Assembly (NCBI RefSeq): GCF_002571385.2
Contig: NW_019218343.1
Coordinates: 69,491 to 133,490, forward strand
Length of the DNA: 64,000 bases
Direction: 5' to 3'
Origin: Stylophora pistillata
Lineage: Eukaryota
In this document: in pieces, positions 45,320 through 56,149 of the stretch
Layout of the letters: each line of letters begins with the position of its first letter
Position numbering within the stretch: position 1 is the first letter of the stretch
Made by a program: the position numbers and the translations under genes
Notes under the pieces: model-generated
What the model was told of the DNA's origin: nothing
Databases searched by the model: none
What the model saw: the letters and a program-made list of their open reading frames with translations, nothing else

Positions 45320-45455
45320 ATGCCATCGTACAGATTAATTCACTTTCCGCTTCCCGCAAGAGCGGAAGCCATTAGAATGGATTTTGCTGCCGCTGGAGTT
45401 GAATTCGAGGACGTATGTTATTCAATGGACGAGAGGATTTCAAAATACAAGACCT
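45320..45455 (+). pseudogene. Orphan, mutated GST first coding exon (paralog of 47651-47786)
   Basis: MPSYRLIHFPLPARAEAIRMDFAAAGVEFEDVCYSMDERISKYKT with a GT donor; followed by minisatellite instead of exon 2. Confidence 0.7.
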
Positions 45456-45490
45456 GTGAGTAGTCATTACAGTATTGCGTAATCAAAAAG

Positions 45491-46270
45491 TTCCCTCCCC
45501 CCATGTTCCTCAACTCCTTGATCCCTAAGAGTGACTAGCATCTAATCTCTCCTGACTCCATCCCCCCATGTTTCTTAAGTCCTTGATCCTTAAGAGTGAC
45601 TAGCATCTAATTTCTCCTGACTCCCTCCCCCCATGTTCCTCAACTCCTTGATCCCTAAGAGTGACTAGCATCTAATTTCTCCTGAATTCCTCCACCCATG
45701 TTCCTCAACTCCTTGATCCCTAGGAGTGACTAGCACCTAATTTCTCCTGACTCCATCCCCCCATGTTCCTCAACTCCTTGATCGTTATGAGTGACTAGCA
45801 TCTAAGTTCTCCTGACTCCCTTCCCCCATGTTCCTCAACTCCTTGGTCCCTAAGAGTGACTAGCATCTAATTTCTCCTGAATTCCTCCCCCCATGTTCCT
45901 CAACTCCTTGATCCCTAAAAGTGACTAGCATCTAATTTCTCCTGACTCCATCCACCCATTTTCCTCAACACCTTGATCCTTATGAGTGACTAGCATCTAA
46001 GTTCTACTGCCTCCATTCCCACGTGTTCCTCAACTCCTTGATCCCTAAGGGTGACTAGCATCTAATTTCTCCTGACTCCCTTCCCCCATGTTCCTCAACT
46101 CCTTGATCGTTATGAGTGACTAGCATCTAAGTTCTCCTGACTCCCTCCCCCCCACGTTCCTCAACTCTTTGATCCCTAAGAGTGACTAGCATCTAATTTC
46201 TCCTGACTCCCTTCCCCCATGTTCCTCAACTCCTTGATCCCTAAGAGTGACTAGCATCTAATTTCTCCTT
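45491..46270. repeat. 65-bp minisatellite array 3 (~12 units) plus MITE body (to ~46440)
   Basis: Same unit as arrays 1 and 2; the duplicated block ends at nn 46492-46493. Confidence 0.95.
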
Positions 46271-46631
46271 ACAATATCGCCCTTGAATCGAACATGTAAG
46301 TCAAGTGAATGAAGGGAAGGGTCACCAACTGAAGGAACTCTTGATTGTTAAACAAATTCTCCTTGTCAGCTTATTAAAAAATGTATAGAGAACAGTATGG
46401 AGAATATGAATACTGATCGGTTAGGGTGTAAAAAGGTCAATAAATCTGCGGCTATTTTGGTGTGTGACTAAAGTTCTATTATGATGACAAANNTGACCCC
46501 ACTCACTGACAATTAATTTCCTACGGGTTCCCCCCGTCCCCTCTTAAAATGCGTGTTTAAATTCGTATTTCCATAAATCCAATTATTCAATCACTTTACA
46601 CATAATATTCATTTATCCTTTTTCTTTTTAG

Positions 46632-46808
46632 CTGAGCTTTGCAGACATCTGCTTCTTCTCGTTCTACAACGCCTACATTGCCAAAGGCCAACTGGATCCT
46701 CCAGTTGTGTTGAAAGACTGCCCTCGCCTTGCTGCTCTGTACAAAAAAGTTAGAGATGAACCCAAGATTAAGGAGTGGATTGAGAAACGCCCTGAAACAG
46801 CATTGTAA
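46632..46808 (+). other. Duplicate of the GST-1 terminal exon (paralog, allele or assembly duplicate)
   Basis: Matches 44323-44499 except TCC>GCC (S>A); begins shortly after an nn join. Confidence 0.75.
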
Positions 46809-47650
46809 AATCCAGTCAGCCAAGTTTACAATCATTAACCCGCCCCTTTCCCCAACAGTGATTAGCATTGTCTTTAATCTCCTTACAATATCACCCCTGA
46901 ATCACTCGTTAAGGACACGGGAATAAAGCAAATAATTACCAACCATTGAAGTTTCGTTATGATATACAATTTCTTCTTGGTAACCACCTTGGGAAATATA
47001 CAGAGAACAGTATGGAGAATATGCATACTGACATTAGGGTGTAAAGAGTCATCAACCATAAAATAATGATTCTGTATGCTTCTTAACCACAAGAATTATT
47101 CTATTTATTCTTTGTGTCTGTTTACACTGAGATACGTTGATTTACAACCTAGAAAGTTACCAACTAGGACTGACGGAACTTCCATTAGCTTTGCTGCGAT
47201 AAAAATGTCATTTATAAAGCATTTTTCCTATCGATTTCTCATATCAGTTAAAATTTTTCTAGTCTTAATTTAAAAAACGAACACTGTATTTCATCGAGAG
47301 AAGATTTAGCCTCCTTTGAAGGGCCTTGCCTCTTCCCCTTCTCCCCATTCCCTTAACAGTTCTCACCCTGTCAGTCCTGTCACTCCCGGGAGGGATGATG
47401 AGAAGTAAAGAGATCTGGGAATAAGTTAACAAGAGATTCCGATTGAGTCATAGAAAGTTTCCGAACATCTTCGGTGTTTTCCGACATAAACACCCCCCTC
47501 CCCTCCCCTCCCCACCCTCCCACTCAAGAAATCGGATACTCTTGGACATTATCAGAAGCATTGACCTGGTAAGTCACATGTCGTAGGACGCGACGCACTT
47601 TTCGCTGCACACGGAATTGTTTCGCTTGCTTCTTACAGCTTCTGCAAACA

Positions 47651-49765
47651 ATGCCATCGTACAAATTAATTTACTTTCCGCTTCGCGCAAAAGCGGAAGC
47701 CATTAGAATGGTTTTTGCCGCCGCTGGAGTTGAATTCGAGGACGTATGTTATTCAATAGACGAGTGGATTTCAAAATACAAGAATTGTGAGTAGTCATTA
47801 AAGTATTGCGTAATCGCAAAGCTTGGATCCTCCGCGGAGCTAGTCAAATCTGATGTAAAAGCACGAGACAGCTACTGTAAGGAAGCTATCTGCGGGAATA
47901 TCCTGCTGCCAACCGTTTCATCAATGCCAAAATGAACGTCTGGTCCTCAAATTCCTAGCTGATCAAGTTTCTTTACCGTAATCGAACAACTCATTAAAAT
48001 TTCCTTCACTACGTTTAGCAGGAGTGCACTGAACTGGTCTCTGTGAATTGCAGGTGACAGGTGCAAATATTGCCGCAGCCCCAATTTACTAATTGGGGCT
48101 AATTAATTTGATAACTAGATCGACAAATTCCAGCTGAGATGCTAAATATTCAAACCACAAACGCCTGGTTTTGAATAATTACACTTTGTATGAGTGTGCA
48201 AACGATAGCTAAGTCCAGGATCTTTGCTTTTGATTCTTTTTGACATACACAAAGCTGATAAACGCGTAGCTTTCACCGTAGACGCTTTTAGACTGCAGAT
48301 TATTGCGAAAGCATACTTCGTTCGTTCGGCTTCCGCGCCATACCTCAGGATAACGTCCAAATTCTGGGTCTGAGCGGCCGTTCTCTTTCACAATTCAGTG
48401 TTATTCATGATGACTGGAATAGTTTTATGAACGATAATAAATAACAAGCGTTGTCTTACTTGGTTAGATGCGGTTAGATCGCTTGTTCGTTTGTTTATTT
48501 GTTGAAAATAAATTCAAGTTCTTAAATAAAAATATAGAAATGTTATATTTTAGTTTATGTATTAACTCGTTTAAGCTGGAATAAGCCCTTCCCGTCAGCT
48601 GCCAGTGCTCTATGTTGATGGTAAGGTACTCATGGAGTCCAAAGTCATCCTCAGTTACGTCGGCAAAGAACTGAGTAAGTATCACTTGTTCTAGCTGCAG
48701 TCGTTATTCGTTTCCGTCACGCAACGCGTTTTCTCGGGAGGCATGTGGCCCTTTTAAAGGGGCTATCGGGATACGGGATATTTTGATAAAAATCATATGG
48801 ATACGGGATATTTGAGGATATTTAACTGGAATGCTAGCAATACAAATCATAGGAAGTAAGCCAAAATTTAATAGGATGCGGGATACTTAAGTTTCCCCCT
48901 CCTTCCTTACCGGCCTTATGGAATCTTTGCGTTACGAGACTAAACCTGTGAGAAGACATGCATGCGTTTTCGCACTTTTTGAACGGTCCACGGAGTGGAG
49001 TATTCTCGTGTCACGATGGACCATGAATACTCTACCCAAATACGCAGTAACGAAATATCCTCTATTAACATCAGCCAAGTTTTGCTTCAGATCTCGCTCC
49101 AGAAGATAATTTTCAACTGGCGCAGGCGGACGTCTTGGCTCACATCATCAATGACTTGGAAACTGTGTTAAGCGCAGCTAATAGACACGAAGATTCAACG
49201 GTAAAGGTTAGTGAAATCGCTCACTCTCAGACAAAACGCCATAATGTTTTATTTGTCTGAATTTCTGGCTTTTATTGTACTTAATTGAACATTACGCCTT
49301 CTATTCATTCATTATATGCTACTTTTCCCTCCTGTCTAGGAGAAAGCCCTAGGAACTGCGCGCAAAGAAATAATTCCAGATAAATGCGGATACTTTGAGA
49401 AGTTTTTGGAGGCAAACGATGAAGAGGGATTCTTTTTTGGAGATAAGGTAGCATAACGATGTCCAGTGCCATGGGGCGCAAAGCAACTCAGTATTATTTT
49501 GCAATATAATGTAATGTGATGCTGTATAAAGCAATGCAGAGCTCTGCACTGCCATCGTCAGATTGCAATTTGTGAGTGCAGTTTAGTACTGATTAGATTG
49601 TCCGTCTCCCGATTGGGGCTTTTTGGATAAAATTACACAATCATTTGGAAGTCGTATTTACATACACTTATCTATCTTCCACAGTTGACTTATGCTGATA
49701 TCGTGATTTTCACCTTCCTGAACAGCTACTATTTGAAAGGAAGCTCTCCTGGAGGGGAGGGGTAG
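47651..49765 (+). CDS. Sigma-class GST (GST-2), 5 coding exons; last exon truncated or chimeric in this assembly
   Basis: Exons 47651-47786, 48576-48674, 49091-49206, 49340-49447 and 49685-49765 (LTYADIVIFTFLNSYYLKGSSPGGEG*). Exon sizes 136/99/116 match GST-3. Probable 5'UTR intron at 47569-47638. Confidence 0.8.
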
Positions 49766-49969
49766 GACGATTTTGGCTGTGCCATAATAAAATTCACCTG
49801 ATCCCCTCCCCTAGGTTTTGTAGTATTCCAATGACCCCACTCACTGACAATTAATTTCCTACGGGTTCCCCCCGTCCCCTCTTAAAATGCGTGTTTAAAT
49901 TCGTATTTCCATAAATCCAATTATTCAATCACTTTACACATAATATTCATTTATCCTTTTTCTTTTTAG

Positions 49970-50146
49970 CTGAGCTTTGCAGACATCTGCTTCTTCTCGT
50001 TCTACAACGCCTACATTGCCAAAGGCCAACTGGATCCTCCAGTTGTGTTGAAAGACTGCCCTCGCCTTGCTGCTCTGTACAAAAAAGTTAGAGATGAACC
50101 CAAGATTAAGGAGTGGATTGAGAAACGCCCTGAAACAGCATTGTAA
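49970..50146 (+). other. Third copy of the GST-1 terminal exon
   Basis: Same as 46632-46808; the block 49746-50206 duplicates 44098-44566 and ends at an n. Confidence 0.75.
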
Positions 50147-50699
50147 AATCCAGTCAGCCAAGTTTACAATCATTAACCCGCCCCTTTCCCCAACAGTGAT
50201 TAGCATNCCCCTCCCCTCCCCTCCCCCGCGCGCTTCATAAAAGAAGACGTGGACAAGGATCGTATTATACAAAGTAGCAACACGGTTTCCGTTGGTCAGG
50301 ATTTAATTTAAAAGCCCCGGCCGTCGGTACATTTTCAATCAAGCTTCCCCTCCTCCTCCCCCTCGGGAGTGGACAGGGAGGGCTACGGGGATTAAAAAGA
50401 CGCCTTGTTTAGGGAGGAATTTTAGAAATGCTTATTATCCTTGTAGTTAAATCAGCTGACAAATCGCATTAATCTGCGAGGATATCACAGGATGCGCACA
50501 AGAGTTCATTCAAAACTCAAAATATCAAGTTCCGACCCTAACGCCACCCTGTGCCCACCTCTGTCGAAATTTCGTCGGAGTCAAATAACCACTCTACTAT
50601 TGGTTCTGTCTTTCGCTGTTGAACCTCGAAGGTCACATCTCCGCCACCAAAGTAAACCACGCCACATTCTCAGACACCTTTCCTTCTTCGTCCAACGCG

Positions 50700-53577
50700 A
50701 TGCCGAAATATAAGCTTTCTTACTTTCCACTAAGAGGAAGAGCCGAAGCCATTAGAATAACCTTCGCAGTGGCTGGAGTTCAGTTCGATGACAGCCTCGT
50801 AAATCCGGAAGCGTGGTTTACAAACCTGAAACGCTGTGAGTATGAAAGAGTGACGTGGTATCCTCTGCGTCGATTTAAAAATCCAGCGAAAGATTATAAA
50901 ATGTTTCGTGCAAGAGCTTTGTCGTCCTCAATCTGAGCAATCAATGGGATTGACTTCACGGAAAATATATGTGCACAGTTCGTACAAGAATTATCTTAAA
51001 TCTTAATGTGTGTAAAACCCCATGAGATGTTACACGTAGTCAAATCTGTCAATTTGTGTAAATTATAACCAGGCTGGTGGCGTTCACAAACATTTACAGT
51101 CAATTTCTGTCACAAAAGAAATCCCACTTTTACTCAAAAAATATTTTCCCTATTTCTTTAACCTTGAAAGATGTGGTCTCTGACTATTTAACGAGTATTT
51201 TTCGCTCAAGGACTTTGATCGAAATCGCTGAGCTACGAAAAAATCTTAAGTGTCAGATTGCTTTTCAATCGTTACCTTATTAATCACAGCTATTTTATGT
51301 CATCCGTTGTTTGCTTTGGATGCCAAAATATTTTTCATTTAGAAGCAATCAATTCCGTTGGGATTATTTCAATTGTCAACAACATGAATTGTTATTGAAC
51401 AAAGTGCACGATTTGAATGACTGTCAGGAGAGCCTTTGTGTTGCACGCGGGGGAGGGGGGTGCGGAGGAAGGTTTAGTAAATTTAGGTCTCAAAGGTACC
51501 ACGGGGAAAGGAAGAGGGGTGGGGTTCGTTGTAGAGAGTTGCAAATTAATGATGGGATGCGTAAATCAAAGGTAGTACATAGAAAGTAGTGAATCCATCC
51601 TTGATTGTCTTTCTGCTTATCATAATCTCTGTTTCGTTGTTTTGTCAGCTGGGTTCAGCCCTTCTGGTCAGCTACCAATCCTTGAGGTCGATGGCACAGT
51701 CCTCACGCAATCCAAGGCTATTCTAAGCTATCTAGCCAAGGAATTCAGTAAGTCACGATCATCCTATTTTAAGTAAACAAACTAATTAACTCCCGTTGTA
51801 AAGTAAACTGCTAAATGAACGTTCCAACCTATTCCCGCTCCGTCATGCAATTATCCCTCCCCAATTGTTGTGGCTTGCGTGAAGGGCATAGAGAAACTAC
51901 ACTCTCACAGCCTGCAAAACAAGAATTTCAGGCCATTGGAGGCAAGCATGAGGTGAGCGCGAAGTGCTAGTGACGTTCGAAGCGAGGTAGGCAAAAAGAA
52001 ACAAAAACGAAAGAACAAACAAAAAAAAACGCGTGTATGCCTGTACGCATACTCTATATTATTGTTCACGCCCTTACGCCCCGAGACACATCTCAAATGA
52101 CCAACCCATAAAAAGAGTTGGCGTGCAACGCTTTGTTTACAGGCCACACGTGGTGAAGATCATCCTGCGGTTTAGCAATGACTAAGATGAAGGATGTTGA
52201 GGGTAAAACTCCCACGAAAACATAGGCCAACCGCTCAACTTCAGGAAAGACTTGTAGATTCTTCTCTTTACCACTTTGATCTGAATGAAAATATCATTCA
52301 AAGAAATTCGATCTTGCCATAATAAAGCCCATTGACCCAGTAGCCTACTAAAACATTTCAGCTACTTGCCCGTTTTTTCGTTTTGTTCGTTTTTATTTTA
52401 TGGTATCAAAGATTACTCCCAACAACTTAGTGTGATAATCTTTCTGCAAACTGTTGATTATGAAAGCGCGTGCTACGCTTTCTTTTCAGATCTTGCTCCA
52501 GAAGGTAATCTTCAGCAGGCTCAGGCAGATTCTTTGGCTCACGTGGTCGACGATTTAGAGACCATGTTAACGCAGGCAGATGGCGAAAAAGACCCGGAAA
52601 GAAAGGTGTGTTTATCCTGATGATAACTACCGGAAAGGCGAACGAACGAACAAACGAGCGAACGACGGAACGAGTAAACGAGCGAACGAGCGAACGAGCG
52701 AACGAGCGACCGAGCGTACGAGATGAGCGAGTGAACTTGAAGAGTCCCACTATTTCGGCTTTTAGGGAGGTAGGATCTTAAGAGAAACTAATTTGCGTTT
52801 TGCGAAACCGTAATTTTCTTCCACGTGCACGAACCAGGAAAAAGCTATGAAGACCGCCACCAAAGAAGTGATTCCAGAGAAATGTGGATACTTTGAAAAG
52901 ATCTTGTCAGCCAATAAACATGGATTCTTCATTGGTGAAAAGGTAGGCCAAAATCAGGCATAATTACAAAATAAAGAAGTTCTAGATCTCCCTCATTACT
53001 AGCGCTTCAGGACATGCGTTCCTCCGCCCACAAGAAGATTTGGGACGGGTCAGGAAGATATCTGTGTGGGGTCTGGCACTAACATTGCGAGACCCTTTGC
53101 AGATCTTACCGGCTCGCGAAGCAACGGCTTTACACTAACCTGCAGGCGAGGAAACACTCGTGCCGAGGCGCTTATAATGAAGGCCTGTAGGAGGGCTAAA
53201 AGAAGGCAAACAGCAATGCTAATGATAGGAACATAAACAACGAATGACTTACCCGGTGCAGGAAGCGGTGACGCTTTTGATGTCAATAACAATGACCATA
53301 ACAATGACCATAACAATAACCATTAAACTGACGATTACAATGACCTCAGTGATGGTGGTCTTAATCATTGTGTTACTTTCTACAGCTGACTTATGCCGAT
53401 ATCGTGGTGTTCACCTTCCTGAACAGTTATTTCATGAAGGGAAAAGCTGAAGGAATTCCCGAGGATTTGACAAAGTTTCCTTCTCTGTCAACTTGGTACG
53501 AACGTGTCCGAACGCAACCGAAGATTTTGGAGAAGTTGAAAAATCCAACCGATGGATTCATAGATTACATCTATTGA
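50700..53577 (+). CDS. Sigma-class GST (GST-3), 5 exons, intact
   Basis: GT-AG exons 50700-50835, 51649-51747, 52490-52605, 52838-52942 and 53386-53577. Protein MPKYKLSYFPLRGRAEAIRITF...SPSGQLPILEVDGTVLTQSKAILSYLAKEF...LTYADI...FPSLSTWYERVRTQPKI. Confidence 0.92.
52638..52735. repeat. (AACG/GAGC)n low-complexity repeat in GST-3 intron 3
   Basis: Seen directly. Confidence 0.85.
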
Positions 53578-54668
53578 GACATAATTTTGTCGGATGCTTT
53601 TTTTCCATGGGTGGACAGCGGAAAATGTCACAAAATAAAATCCTAGTCAGCCAGTCTATTAATAAAATGTGACTCCGCAGGTTTGTTATTTGGTATTTGT
53701 TTTTGTTGTGATCTGACTGTGCACAACCCTTACGAGGGTCCACAATAGGGGTTCTCAAATCCCGCTTTCCCGCCTTCTTTTCTTCTCAATCCCACCATCC
53801 CGCCCCTTTTTACGCTCGGATCCCGATCCCGCCCCATTTTTTTACGAGATTTTTGACATGTTTTGCTTGATCATTGAAATAGGCATTATGACTTACCTTC
53901 TATCAATTGTCAGTTTTGATGTTCCAGGTTCTCAACGTAACAATTAGCGACCATAACTTCATTTTCTGTTTTGCTTCATTATTTTTTGGTCCTCGCATTG
54001 GTACATGTTTACCTCGATACTTTAAGTCCAGTATTGTTGGAATTAGATAGATTGATGTTATCTGTCTGACTTTCGAAGATTCGACTGCTTTGCTGCTAGT
54101 TTCCATCAGGCGATGAAGTTAATTCTGTAAATTGTTTACATTGAGTTTAGGACATGGAAATAATTGTATATAAACACACTGGTCTCTTTTAAGAAACATA
54201 AACCTGCTATTAAATTTAATAGCACGACCAAAGGCGGACGCCCTTCCAAGCAGGAAGTTTGCTTTACCATCCAAAGTGGTGACCCTTACAGATCCTTCTC
54301 CAACTGGTCTTCGGTGTCTTCTTCTTCCGCACTGCTACTTGTATCATATTCGTCAGAAAGGCCGACATCTCCTGTTAGGTCAACGCTTTCCCCTGGCACA
54401 ATGTCTTTCTCGTACAAGAAATCGGGGAGCGTTCCAGCCCTTGCCATGGTCGTTTCTTGTTGGACGGTTTATTGACGAACTCCAGCCCCATAGGTATATG
54501 CCCATTCCCTCATAAGCTGGGCGTTTTGGGCACTTATAACTCCAGGTGGAAGTTATGGCGCTAATGAAATTTCAATGACTTTTTAATTTTTTAAATAATA
54601 TTTTAGATATTGACTAGTGAGCAGCACTTCTGTGAACAGTATAGTAGTTGCAAAACTTTTTTTATTTT

Positions 54669-54707
54669 CCTACGCGTTTCGTCTAACTGTCGTAGACTTC
54701 TTCAGGG
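54669..54707 (-). ncRNA. Minimal type I hammerhead ribozyme (canonical core)
   Basis: Minus strand CC-CTGAAGA-AGTCTA-CGACAGT-TAGAC-GAAAC-GC-GTA-GG: CUGAnGA box, stem II GTCTA/TAGAC, GAAA box, palindromic stem III ACGCGT and GUA cleavage triplet. Confidence 0.8.
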
Positions 54708-54982
54708 AGTTTTACAAGTATAACTAAACGCCTATATTTATAAGCCAAAGTGGGGAGAGGGCAAAAGTGGGGCCAAAGTGGGGCCAAGGTGGGGGCCACG
54801 TTTTTAGCTAAAACCGTGGCCCCCAAAATATTTTTCTCACCTTGCCTTACACGTGTTAAATTTTTCACACATTTTTCACAACTTCGCCTGTTCCTGTTCG
54901 TAAGTCCGACCAAGCCTTTACGGTCATCGGCCCCTGTAACTTTGGCTTATAAATACAGGCGTTTAGTTATACTTGTAAAACT

Positions 54983-55021
54983 CCCTGAAGAAGTCTACGA
55001 AAGTTAGACGAAATGCGTAGG
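54983..55021 (+). ncRNA. Minimal hammerhead ribozyme, partner copy (GAAAT variant)
   Basis: CCCTGAAGAAGTCTACGAAAGTTAGACGAAATGCGTAGG. Confidence 0.65.
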
Positions 55022-56149
55022 AAAACAAAAAAAAGTTTTCCAACTACTGTTCGCAGAAGTGCTGCTGACTAGTCTTTATTTAAAAAAATTATTAAAAAAC
55101 TGCGCGGTCTGGAACGGGATACCACGACTTTGGGTTGGTATAATAAAATGCCGCTCAGTTTGTTGTCTTCTTTACACTTTCCTTGACAGCGTTTCCGAAA
55201 TTGCTGGCATATTCAAGGGAAGTCCATAAAGGTGATTTCTGATGGACCACAGAGTGACAGTTCTCTACATCTAATGTCATGCAGCTCAGGAGGTTGGTCC
55301 AATTATAACCCATTGGCGCTAACAGGTCTTAAAGTCTCTGAAGGCCAGACTGCAACAATAAAACAGACTCTATTGTCTTCTTAGCCACATTTCCCTGTGG
55401 TCCATTAAGGGACCTTGGCAAGCTTTGGATTTCACCGCGAATCGAGGCCTCGTTTCGGCGAAGATATTGCAACGTTTCTTTAAGCAGTGTAACGGCATCT
55501 TGTAGACTGCAAAGTTCGTACTTTGCATGCTTCTCGTGGACGGATAAAGCCTTGTATATCTTTCCGACTGCATCTAGAAATGCAGTGGTTTCCGTTCATG
55601 CAGAGTGGTGATTACCTTGAAACAGTTGGTGCGCGCATACGCTCAGTCCAAAGAATCGTCCAGGTCCGACAGGTCCCAGGCAGAAGCAGAAAAGGTCAAA
55701 TCCGTCAACAAAGCAGGAATGACTGCAGGATCTTGACCTCTAACTTCAGTGATTTGATATCTCTTTCCGAGTGACGAAAACGGCGAAAATAGTAAAATCG
55801 GAAAAGACGAACAACACAAAAAAGTGATAATGAGCAAAATTTGACCGGCTTCACTTCCTTTGACACTCATAGCTTGACTACAAACGCGGTATACACACTT
55901 AAGAACCATTTTTTTTTTCAGTCAACGCTAATGAATTTTTAGTCAAGACTAAACTAAATTCCCGTATCCCGAATCCCATCCCCATAAAAGTAGGAAATCC
56001 CGCTCACGCTGGTTGTTAAAATTCCTGCATACCGCTTCTGTTTTCAGCTCATATCCCGAATATCACCACGAAAAATAGCCAAATCCCGCATTCCGCCAAA
56101 CCTATTGTGGACCCTCTCTAACGGGCATTTCAATGCATCACCTCATTAA

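Larger units (their letters stand above)
54581..55098. mobile_element. PLE-type insertion: two inverted ~170-bp arms, each with a minimal hammerhead, around a ~190-bp spacer
   Basis: Arms ~54581-54750 and ~54938-55098 are reverse complements; the host ORF rejoins across it with ACT duplicated. Confidence 0.8.
54180..55600 (-). pseudogene. Decayed ORF of unknown function inside the TIR element, split by a hammerhead insertion
   Basis: Minus-strand translation: FLDAVGKIYKALSVHEKH...LNGPQGNVAKKTIESV...NLLSCMTLDVENCHSVVH...LEYASNFGNAVKESVKKTT...SWYPVPDR | ...MREWAYTYGAGVRQ*TVQQETTMARAGTLPDFLY, with scattered stops. Confidence 0.65.
53734..56116. mobile_element. Non-autonomous TIR DNA transposon (16-bp TIR GAGGGTCCACAATAGG, subterminal TCCCG repeats) carrying a decayed ORF
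   Basis: 53734-53749 GAGGGTCCACAATAGG and 56101-56116 CCTATTGTGGACCCTC are perfect inverted repeats; no clear TSD. Confidence 0.75.

Noticed and set aside
38583-46270. 65-bp and 21-bp periodic repeats as CRISPR arrays
   Set aside because: Units are contiguous with no unique spacers, there are no cas genes, and the context is eukaryotic; they are minisatellites.
50619-50699. N-terminal extension of GST-3
   Set aside because: Begins at a non-ATG codon; paralogs all start at the MPxYKL-equivalent Met (50700).
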